Part shown: piece after piece, positions 27,596-39,071 of the stretch
How positions within the stretch are numbered: the first letter of the stretch is position 1
Layout: every line of letters begins with the position of its first letter
DNA from: the human T2T-CHM13v2.0 reference genome, Homo sapiens
Strand: one strand, 5' to 3'
DNA length: 64,000 nucleotides
Assembly (NCBI RefSeq): GCF_009914755.1
Contig: NC_060944.1
Made by a program: the position numbers and the translations under genes
Notes under the pieces: generated by a model
What the model was told of the DNA's origin: nothing
Seen by the model: only the letters and a program-made list of their open reading frames with translations
Databases searched by the model: none

Positions 27596-27612
27596 TTTCG
27601 TTGGAAACGGGA
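27596..27612 (+). promoter_or_regulatory. Canonical CENP-B box (HOR15, m8)
   Basis: TTTCGTTGGAAACGGGA is a perfect match to YTTCGTTGGAARCGGGA. Confidence 0.92.
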
Positions 27613-30600
27613 ATATCTTCACATAAAAACTAGACAGAAGCATTCTCAGAAACTTCTTTATGAAGTTTGCATTCAACTCACAGAGTTGAACATTCCGTTC
27701 CATACAGCAGTTTTGAAACTCTCTTTTTCTAGAATCTGTAAGTGGTAACTTGGAGCGCTTCGAGGCCTATGGTGAAAAAGGGAATATCTTCCCATAAAAA
27801 GTAGACAGAAGAATTCTCAGTAACTGCTTTGTGATGTGTGTACTCAACTCACAGAGTTGAACTTTTCGTTTGAAAGAGAAGTTTTGAAACACCCTTTTTG
27901 TAGAATCTGCAAATGGGTATGTAGCCTGCTTTGAGGCCTTCATTGGAAACGGGAATATCTTCACATAAAACTAGACAGAAGCATTCTCAGAAACTTCGTT
28001 GTGATGTGTGCATTCAACTCCCAGAGTTGAACCTCTCTTTTGATAGAGCAGTTCTGAAACAATCATTTTGTGGTATCTGGAAGTGGACGTTTGGAGCGAT
28101 TCGGGGCCTATGGTGAAAAAGGCAATATCTTCACCTAAAAACTAGACAGAAGCATTCTCAGAAACTGCTTTGTGATATATGTAGTCAACTCACGGAGTTG
28201 AAACTTTGTTTTGATGCAGCAGTTTTGAAACACTCTTTTTGTTAGAATCTTCAAGTGGATATTTGGATAGCTTTGAGGCTTTCATTGGAAACGGGAATAT
28301 CTACACATAAGAACTAGACAGAAGCATTCTCAGAAAGTTCTTTATGAAGTTCGCATTCAACTCACAGAGTTGTACCTTCCTTTTCACACAGTAGCTTTGA
28401 GACATTCTTTTTGAAGAATCTGCAAGTGGACATTTGGAGTGATTTGAGACATAGGGTGAAAAAGGAATATCTTCCCATAAAAAGTAGACAGAAGCATTCT
28501 CAGAAACGACTTTCTGATTTGTGTACTCAACTCACAGAGTTAAACCTTTCCTTTGATACAGCAGTTTGGAAACACTCTTCTTGTAGAATTTACAAGCGGA
28601 TATAAGGACAGCAGTGAGGATTTCATCGGAAACGGAATATCTTCACATAAAAGTAGACAGAAGCATTCTCAGAAAGTTCTTTGTAATGTGTGCATTCAAC
28701 TCACAGAGTTGAAACTTTCTTTTGGTAGAGCAGATTGGAATCCCTCTTTTTGTAGAACTTGCAAGTAGATATCTGGACAGCTTTGAGGCCTTCCCTGGAA
28801 ACGAGTGTATGTTCACATAACCACTAGACAGAAGCATCCTCAGAAACTTGTTGGTGATGCTTGCATTCAACTCACAGAATTGAACATTTCTTTTCCTAGA
28901 GCAGTTTTGAAACACTCTTTTTGTAGTATCTAGAAGTGGACATTTGGAGCACTTTGAGGCCTAGTGTGAAAAAGGAAATATCTTCACATAAAAACTAGAC
29001 AGAAGCATTCTCTGAAACTTCTTTGTGATGTGTGTACTCAACTCACAGAGTTGAACTTATCTTCTCATAGATCAGATTTGAAACCCTCTTTTTGTAGAGT
29101 CTGCAAGTGCATATTTGGATAGCTTTGAGGATTTCATTGGAATCGGGAATATCTTCCCATAAAAACTAGAAAGAAGCATTCTCAGAAAGTTCTTTGTGAT
29201 GCTTGCATTCAACTCACAGAGTTGAACATTCCCTTTCATACAGCAGTTTGGAAACACTCTTTTTGTAGTGTCTGGAAGTGGACCTTTGGAGCGCTTTGAG
29301 GCCTAGGGTGAAAAAGGAAATATCCTCACCTAAAAACTAGACAGAAGCATTCTCAGAAACTTCTTTGTGATGTGTGTAGTCAACTCACAGAGTTGAACCT
29401 TTCTTTTGATACAGCAGTTTTGAAACACTCTTTTTGTAGAATCTGCAAGTGGTTATTTTGATAGCTTTGAGGCTTTCACTGGATACGGGAATGTCTTCAC
29501 ATAAAAACTAGACAGCAGCATTCTCAGAAACTTCTTTATGAAGTTTGCATTCAACTCACAGAGTTGAACTTTCCGTTCCATACAGCAGTTTTGAAACTCT
29601 CTTTTTCTAGAATCTGTAAGTGGAAACTTGGAGCGCTTCGAGGCCTATGGTGAAAAAGGGAATATCTTCCCATAAAAAGTAGACAGAAGAATTCTCAGTA
29701 ACTACTTTGTGATGTGTGTACTCAACTCACGGAGTTGAACTTTTCTTTTGAAAGAGAAGTTTTGAAACACCCTTTTTGTAGAATCTGCAAATGGGTATGT
29801 AGCCTGCTTTGAGGCCTTCATTGGAAACGGGAATATCTTCACATAAAACTAGACAGAAGCATTCTCAGAAACTTCGTTGTGATGTGTGCATTCAACTCCC
29901 AGAGTTGAACCTCTCTTTTGATAGAGCAGTTCTGAAACAATCTTTTTGTGGTATCCGGAAGTGGACTTTGGGAGCGATTTGAGGCCTATGGTGAAAAAGG
30001 CAATATCTTCACCTAAAAACTAGACAGAAGCATCCTCAGAAACTGCTTTGTGATATGTGTAGTCAACTCACGGAGTTGAAACTTTGTTTTGATGCAGCAG
30101 TTTTGAGACACTCTTTTGTTAGAATCTTCAAGTGGATATTTGGATAGCTTTGAGGCTTTCAATGGAAACGGGAATATCTACACATAAGAACTAGACAGAA
30201 GCATTCTCAGAAAGTTCTTTATGAAGTTCGCATTCAACTCACAGAGTTGTACCTTCCTTTTCACACAGCAGTTTTGAGACATTCTTTTTGTAGATTCTGC
30301 AAGTGGACATTTGGAGTGATTTGAGACATAGGGTGAAAAAGGAATATCTTCTCATAAAAAGTAGACAGAAGCATTCTCAGAAACGAGTTTCTGATTTGTG
30401 TACTCAACTCACAGAGTTAAACCTTTCCTATGATACAGCAGTTTGGAAACACTCTTCTTGTAGAATTTACAAGCGGATATAAGGACAGCAGTGAGGATTT
30501 CATCGGAAACGGAATATCTTCACAGAAAAGTAGACAGAAGCATTCTCAGAAAGTTCTGTGTAATGGGTGCATTCAACTCACAGAGTTGAAACTTTCTTTT

Positions 30601-33600
30601 GATAGAGCAGATTGGAATCCCTCTTTTTGTAGAATTTGCAAGTGGATATCTAGACAGCTTTGAGGCCTTCCCTGGAAACGAGTGTATCTTCACATAAACA
30701 CTAGACAGAAGCATCCTCAGAAACTTGTTGGTGATGCTTGCATTCAACTCACAGAATTGAACATTTCTTTCCCTAGAGCAGTTTTGAAACACTCTTTTTG
30801 TAGTATCTGGAAGTGGACATTTGGAGCACTTTGAGGCCTAGGGTGAAAAAGGAAATAGCTTCACATAAAAACTAGACAGAAGCATTCTCTGAAACTTCTT
30901 TGTGATGTGTGTACTCAACTCACAGAGTTGAACTTATCTTCTCATAGATCAGATTTGAAACCCTCTTTTTGTAGAGTCTGCAAGTGCATATTTGGATAGC
31001 TTTGAGGATTTCATTGGAATCCGGAATATCTTCCCATAAAAACTAGAAAGAAGCATTCTCAGAAATTTCTTTGTGATGCTTGCATTCAACTCACAGAGTT
31101 GAACATTCCCTTTCATACAGCAGTTTGGAAACACTCTTTTTGTAGTGTCTGGAAGTGGACCTTTGGAGCGCTTTGAGGCCTAGGGTGAAAAAGGAAATAT
31201 CCTCACCTAAAAACTAGACAGAAGCATTCTCAGAAACTTCTTTGTGGTGTGTGTAGGCAACTCACAGAGTTGAACCTTTCTTTTGATACAGCAGTTTTGA
31301 AACACTCTTTTTGTAGAATCTGCAAGTGGTTATTTTGATAGCTTTGAGGCTTTCACTGGAAACGGGAATGTCTTCACATAAAAACTAGACAGAAGCATTC
31401 TCAGAAACTTCTTTATGAAGTTTGCATTCAACTCACAGAGTTGAACTTTCCGTTCCATACAGCAGTTTTGAAACTCTCTTTTTCTAGAATCTGTAAGTGG
31501 AAACTTGGAGCGCTTCGAGGCCTATGGTGAAAAAGGGAATATCTTCCCCTAAAAAGTAGACAGAAGAATTCTCAGTAACTACTTTGTGATGTGTGTACTC
31601 AACTCACGGAGTTGAACTTTTCTTTTGAAAGAGAAGTTTTGAAACACCCTTTTTGTAGAATCTGCAAATGGGTATGTAGCCTGCTTTGAGGCCTTCATTG
31701 GAAACGGGAATATCTTCACATAAAACTAGACAGAAGCATTCTCAGAAACTTCGTTGTGATGTGTGCATTCAACTCCCAGAGTTGAACCTCTCTTTTGATA
31801 GAGCAGTTCTGAAACAATCTATTTGTGGTATCCGGAAGTGGACGTTTGGAGCGATTTGAGGCCTATGGAGAAAAAGGCAATATCTTCACCTAAAAACTAG
31901 ACAGAAGCATCCTCAGAAACTGCTTTGTGATATGTGTAGTCAACTCACGGAGTTGAAACTTGGTTTTGATGCAGCAGTTTTGAGACACTCTTTTGTTAGA
32001 ATCTTCAAGTGGATATTTGGATAGCTTTGAGGCTTTCATTGGAAACGGGAATATCTACAGATAAGAACTAGACAGAAGCATTCTCAGAAAGTTCTTTATG
32101 AAGTTCGCATTCAACTCACAGAGTTGTACCTTCCTTTTCACACAGCAGTTTCGAGACATTCTTTTTGTAGATTCTGCAAGTGGACATTTGGAGTGATTTG
32201 AGACATAGGGTGAAAAAGGAATATCTTCTCATAAAAAGTAGACAGAAGCATTCTCAGAAACGAGTTTCTGATTTGTGTACTCAACTCACAGAGTTAAACC
32301 TTTCCTATGATACAGCAGTTTGGAAACACTCTTCTTGTAGAATTGACAAGCGGATATAAGGACAGCAGTGAGGATTTCATCGGAAACGGAATATCTTCAC
32401 ATAAAAGTAGACAGAAGCATTCTCAGAAAGTTCTGTGTAATGTGTGCATTCAACTCACAGAGTTGAAACTTTCTTTTGATAGAGCAGATTGGAATCCCTC
32501 TTTTCGTAGAATTTGCAAGTGGATATCTAGACAGCTTTGAGGCCTTCCCTGGAAACGAGTGTATCTTCACATAAACACTAGACAGAAGCATCCTCAGAAA
32601 CTTGTTGGTGATGCTTGCATTCAACTCACAGAATTGAACATTTCTTTTCCTAGAGCAGTTTTGAAACACTCTTTTTGTAGTATCTGGAAGTGGACATTTG
32701 GAGCACTTTGAGGCCTAGGGTGAAAAAGGAAATAGCTTCACATAAAAACTAGACAGAAGCATTCTCTGAAACTTCTTTGTGATGTGTGTACTCAACTCAC
32801 AGAGTTGAACTTATCTTCTCATAGATCAGATTTGAAACCCTCTTTTTGTAGAGTCTGCAAGTGCATATTTGGATACCTTTGAGGATTTCATTGGAATCGG
32901 GAATATCTTCCCATAAAAACTAGAAAGAAGCATTCTCAGAAATTTCTTTGTGATGCTTGCATTCAACTCACAGAGTTGAACATTCCCTTTCATACAGCAG
33001 TTTGGAAACACTCTTTTTGTAGTGTCTGGAAGTGGACCTTTGGAGCGCTTTGAGGCCTAGGGTGAAAAAGGAAATATCCTCACCTAAAAACTAGACAGAA
33101 GCATTCTCAGAAACTTCTTTGTGATGTGTGTAGTCAACTCACAGAGTTGAACCTTTCTTTTGATACAGCAGTTTTGAAACACTCTTTTTGTAGAATCTGC
33201 AAGTGGTTATTTTGATAGCTTTGAGGCTTTCACTGGAAACGGGAATGTCTTCACATAAAAACTAGACAGCAGCATTCTCAGAAACTTCTTTATGAAGTTT
33301 GCATTCAACTCACAGAGTTGAACTTTCCGTTCCATACAGCAGTTTTGAAACTCTCTTTTTCTAGAATCTGTAAGTGGAAACTTGGAGCGCTTCGAGGCCT
33401 ATGGTGAAAAAGGGAATATCTTCCCCTAAAAAGTAGACAGAAGAATTCTCAGTAACTACTTTGTGATGTGTGTACTCAACTCACGGAGTTGAACTTTTCT
33501 TTTGAAAGAGAAGTTTTGAAACACCCTTTTTGTAGAATCTGCAAATGGGTATGTAGCCTGCTTTGAGGCCTTCATTGGAAACGGGAATATCTTCACATAA

Positions 33601-36600
33601 AACTAGACAGAAGCATTCTCAGAAACTTCGTTGTGATGTGTGCATTCAACTCCCAGAGTTGAACCTCTCTTTTGATAGAGCAGTTCTGAAACAATCTTTT
33701 TGTGGTATCCGGAAGTGGACGTTTGGAGCGATTCGAGGCCTATGGTGAAAAAGGCAATATCTTCACCTAAAAACTAGACAGAAGCATCCTCAGAAACTGC
33801 TTTGTGATATGTGTAGTCAACTCACGGAGTTGAAACTTTGTTTTGATGCAGCAGTTTTGAGACACTCTTTTGTTAGAATCTTCAAGTGGATATTTGGATA
33901 GCTTTGAGGCTTTCAATGGAAACGGGAATATCTACACATAAGAACAAGACAGAAGCATTCTCAGAAAGTTCTTTATGAAGTTCGCATTCAACTCACAGAG
34001 TTGTACCTTCCTTTTCACACAGCAGTTTTGAGACATTCTTTTTGTAGATTCTGCAAGTGGACATTTGGAGTGATTTGAGACATAGGGTGAAAAAGGAATA
34101 TCTTCTCATAAAAAGTAGACAGAAGCATTCTCAGAAACGAGTTTCTGATTTGTGTACTCAACTCACAGAGTTAAACCTTTCCTATGATACAGCAGTTTGG
34201 AAACACTCTTCTTGTAGAATTTACAAGCGGATATAAGGACAGCAGTGAGGATTTCATCGGAAACGGAATATCTTCACATAAAAGTAGACAGAAGCATTCT
34301 CAGAAAGTTCTGTGTAATGTGTGCATTCAACTCACAGAGTTGAAACTTTCTTTTGATAGAGCAGATTGGAATCCCTCTTTTTGTAGAATTTGCAAGTGGA
34401 TATCTAGACAGCTTTGAGGCCTTCCCTGGAAACGAGTGTATCTTCACATAAACACTAGACAGAAGCATCCTCAGAAACTTGTTGGTGATGCTTGCATTCA
34501 ACTCACAGAATTGAACATTTCTTTCCCTAGAGCAGTTTTGAAACACTCTTTTTGTAGTATCTGGAAGTGGACATTTGGAGCACTTTGAGGCCTAGGGTGA
34601 AAAAGGAAATAGCTTCACATAAAAACTAGACAGAAGCATTCTCTGAAACTTCTTTGTGATGTGTGTACTCAACTCACAGAGTTGAACTTATCTTCTCATA
34701 GATCAGATTTGAAACCCTCTTTTTGTAGAGTCTGCAAGTGCATATTTGGATAGCTTTGAGGATTTCATTGGAATCGGGAATATCTTCCCATAAAAACTAG
34801 AAAGAAGCATTCTCAGAAATTTCTTTGTGATGCTTGCATTCAACTCACAGAGTTGAACATTCCCTTTCATACAGCAGTTTGGAAACACTCTTTTTGTAGT
34901 GTCTGGAAGTGGACCTTTGGAGCGCTTTGAGGCCTAGGGTGAAAAAGGAAATATCCTCACCTAAAAACTAGACAGAAGCATTCTCAGAAACTTCTTTGTG
35001 GTGTGTGTAGGCAACTCACAGAGTTGAACCTTTCTTTTGATACAGCAGTTTTGAAACACTCTTTTTGTAGAATCTGCAAGTGGTTATTTTGATAGCTTTG
35101 AGGCTTTCACTGGAAACGGGAATGTCTTCACATAAAAACTAGACAGAAGCATTCTCAGAAACTTCTTTATGAAGTTTGCATTCAAGTCACAGAGTTGAAC
35201 TTTCCGTTCCATACAGCAGTTTTGAAACTCTCTTTTTCTAGAATCTGTAAGTGGAAACTTGGAGCGCTTCGAGGCCTATGGTGAAAAAGGGAATATCTTC
35301 CCCTAAAAAGTAGACAGAAGAATTCTCAGTAACTACTTTGTGATGTGTGTACTCAACTCACGGAGTTGAACTTTTCTTTTGAAAGAGAAGTTTTGAAACA
35401 CCCTTTTTGTAGAATCTGCAAATGGGTATGTAGCCTGCTTTGAGGCCTTCATTGGAAACGGGAATATCTTCACATAAAACTAGACAGAAGCATTCTCAGA
35501 AACTTCGTTGTGATGTGTGCATTCAACTCCCAGAGTTGAACCTCTCTTTTGATAGAGCAGTTCTGAAACAATCTTTTTGTGGTATCCGGAAGTGGACGTT
35601 TGGAGCGATTTGAGGCCAATGGTGAAAAAGGCAATATCTTCACCTAAAAACTAGACAGAAGCATCCTCAGAAACTGCTTTGTGATATGTGTAGTCAACTC
35701 ACGGAGTTGAAACTTGGTTTTGATGCAGCAGTTTTGAGACACTCTTTTGTTAGAATCTTCAAGTGGATATTTGGATAGCTTTGAGGCTTTCATTGGAAAC
35801 GGGAATATCTACAGATAAGAACTAGACAGAAGCATTCTCAGAAAGTTCTTTATGAAGTTCGCATTCAACTCACAGAGTTGTACCTTCCTTTTCACACAGC
35901 AGTTTCGAGACATTCTTTTTGTAGATTCTGCAAGTGGACATTTGGAGTGATTTGAGACATAGGGTGAAAAAGGAATATCTTCTCATAAAAAGTAGACAGA
36001 AGCATTCTCAGAAACGAGTTTCTGATTTGTGTACTCAACTCACAGAGTTAAACCTTTCCTATGATACAGCAGTTTGGAAACTCTCTTCTTGTAGAATTTA
36101 CAAGCGGATATAAGGACAGCAGTGAGGATTTCATCGGAAACGGAATATCTTCACATAAAAGTAGACAGAAGCATTCTCAGAAAGTTCTGTGTAATGTGTG
36201 CATTCAACTCACAGAGTTGAAACTTTCTTTTGATAGAGCAGATTGGAATCCCTCTTTTTGTAGAATTTGCAAGTGGATATCTAGACAGCTTTGAGGCCTT
36301 CCCTGGAAACGAGTGTATCTTCACATAAACACTAGACGGAAGCATCCTCAGAAACTTGTTGGTGATGCTTGCATTCAACTCACAGAATTGAACATTTCTT
36401 TTCCTAGAGCAGTTTTGAAACACTCTTTTTGTAGTATCTGGAAGTGGACATTTGGAGCACTTTGAGGCCTAGGGTGAAAAAGGAAATAGCTTCACATAAA
36501 AACTAGACAGAAGCATTCTCTGAAACTTCTTTGTGATGTGTGTACTCAACTCACAGAGTTGAACTTACCTTCTCATAGATCAGATTTGAAACCCTCTTTT

Positions 36601-37535
36601 TGTAGAGTCTGCAAGTGCATATTTGGATAGCTTTGAGGATTTCATTGGAATCGGGAATATCTTCCCATAAAAACTAGAAAGAAGCATTCTCAGAAATTTC
36701 TTTGTGATGCTTGCATTCAACTCACAGAGTTGAACATTCCCTTTCATACAGCAGTTTGGAAACACTCTTTTTGTAGTATCTGGAAGTGGACCTTTGGAGC
36801 GCTTTGAGGTCTCGGGTGAAAAAGGAAATATCCTCACCTAAAAACTAGACAGAAGCATTCTCAGAAACTTCTTTGTGATGTGTGTAGTCAACTCACAGAG
36901 TTGAACCTTTCTTTTCATACAGCAGTTTTGAAACACTCTTTTTGTAGAATCTGCAAGTGGTTATTTTGATAGCTTTTAGGCTTTCATTGGAAACGGGAAT
37001 GTCTTCACATAAAAACTAGACAGAAGCATTCTCAGAAACTTCTTTATGAAGTTTGCATTCAACTCACAGAGTTGAACTTTCCGTTCCATACAGCAGTTTT
37101 GAAACTCTCTTTTTCTAGAATCTGTAAGTGGAAACTTGGAGCGCTTCGAGGCCTATGGTGAAAAAGGGAATATCTTCCCATAAAAAGTAGACAGAAGAAT
37201 TCTCAGTAACTACTTTGTGATGTGTGTACTCAACTCACGGAGTTGAACTTTTCTTTTGAAAGAGAAGTTTTGAAACACCCTTTTTGTAGAATCTGCAAAT
37301 GGGTATGTAGCCTGCTTTGAGGCCTTCATTGGAAACGGGAATATCTTCACATAAAACTAGACAGAAGCATTCTCAGAAACTTCGTTGTGATGTGTGCATT
37401 CAACTCCCAGAGTTGAACCTCTCTTTTGATAGAGCAGTTCTGAAACAATCTTTTTGTGGTATCCGGAAGTGGACGTTTGGAGCGATTCGAGGCCTATGGT
37501 GAAAAAGGCAATATCTTCACCTAAAAACTAGACAG

Positions 37536-39071
37536 AAGCATCCTCAGAAACTGCTTTGTGATATGTGTAGTCAACTCACGGAGTTGAAACTTTGTTTTGA
37601 TGCAGCAGTTTTGAGACACTCTTTTGTTAGAATCTTCAAGTGGATATTTGGATAGCTTTGAGGCTTTCATTGGAAACGGGAATATCTACACATAAGAACT
37701 AGACAGAAGCATTCTCAGAAAGTTCTTTATGAAGTTCGCATTCAACTCACAGAGTTGTACCTTCCTTTTCACACAGCAGTTTTGAGACATTCTTTTTGTA
37801 GATTCTGCAAGTGGACATTTGGAGTGATTTGAGACATAGGGTGAAAAAGGAATATCTTCCCATAAAAAGTAGACAGAAGCATTCTCAGAAACGAGTTTCT
37901 GATTTGTGTACTCAACTCACAGAGTTAAACCTTTCCTATGATACAGCAGTTTGGAAACACTCTTCTTGTAGAATTGACAAGCGGATATAAGGACAGCAGT
38001 GAGGATTTCATCGGAAACGGAATATCTTCACATAAAAGTAGACAGAAGCATTCTCAGAAAGTTCTGTGTAATGTGTGCATTCAACTCACAGAGTTGAAAC
38101 TTTCTTTTGATAGTGCAGATTGGAATCCCTCTTTTCGTAGAATTTGCAAGTGGATATCTAGACAGCTTTGAGGCCTTCCCTGGAAACGAGTGTATCTTCA
38201 CATAAACACTAGACAGAAGCATCCTCAGAAACTTGTTGGTGATGCTTGCATTCAACTCACAGAATTGAACATTTCTTTTCCTAGAGCAGTTTTGAAACAC
38301 TCTTTTTGTAGTATCTGGAAGTGGACATTTGGAGCACTTTGAGGCCTAGGGTGAAAAAGGAAATAGCTTCTCATAAAAACTAGACAGAAGCATTCTCTGA
38401 AACTTCTTTGTGATGTGTGTACTCAACTCACAGAGTTGAACTTATCTTCTCATAGATCAGATTTGAAACCCTCTTTTTGTAGAGTCTGCAAGTGCATATT
38501 TGGATACCTTTGAGGATTTCATTGGAATCGGGAATATCTTCCCATAAAAACTAGAAAGAAGCATTCTCAGAAATTTCTTTGTGATGCTTGCATTCAACTC
38601 ACAGAGTTGAACATTCCCTTTCATACAGCAGTTTGGAAACACTCTTTTTGTAGTGTCTGGAAGTGGACATTTGGAGCGCTTTGAGGCCTAGGGTGAAAAA
38701 GGAAATATCCTCACCTAAAAACTAGACAGAAGCATTCTCAGAAACATCTTTGTGGTGTGTGTAGTCAACTCACAGAGTTGAACCTTTCTTTTGATACAGC
38801 AGTTTTGAAACACTCTTTTTGTAGAATCTGCAAGTGGTTATTTTGATAGCTTTGAGGCTTTCACTGGAAACGGGAATGTCTTCACATAAAAACTAGACAG
38901 AAGCATTCTCAGAAACTTCGTTGTGATGTGTGCATTCAACTCCCAGAGTTGAACCTCTCTTTTGATAGAGCAGTTCTGAAACAATCTTTTTGTGGTATCC
39001 GGAACTGGACGTTTGGAGCGATTCGAGGCCTATGGTGAAAAAGGCAATATCTTCACCTAAAAACTAGACAG
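37536..39071 (+). repeat. 9-mer HOR structural variant (m9-m10 deleted), 1536 bp
   Basis: The m8 tail (TTCACTGGAAACGGGAATGTCTTCAC) is followed at 38901 directly by m11 (CAGAAACTTCGTTGTG). ORF spacing 37938 to 39474 = 1536. Confidence 0.95.

Larger units (their letters stand above)
22520..31904 (+). repeat. Multi-HOR block copy 2 (P-Q-R-S-T)
   Basis: Same ordered private variants as 7508-16889, including terminal CTATGGAGAAAAAGG (~16850 and ~31865); offset 15012-15015 bp. Confidence 0.88.
1..37535 (+). repeat. Left homogeneous domain: 20 consecutive canonical 11-mer HORs
   Basis: HOR starts: 1, 1878, 3755, 5631, 7508, 9384, 11260, 13136, 15013, 16890, 18767, 20644, 22520, 24397, 26273, 28150, 30028, 31905, 33782, 35659. 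Copies differ only by scattered SNVs and 1-bp indels. Confidence 0.95.
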
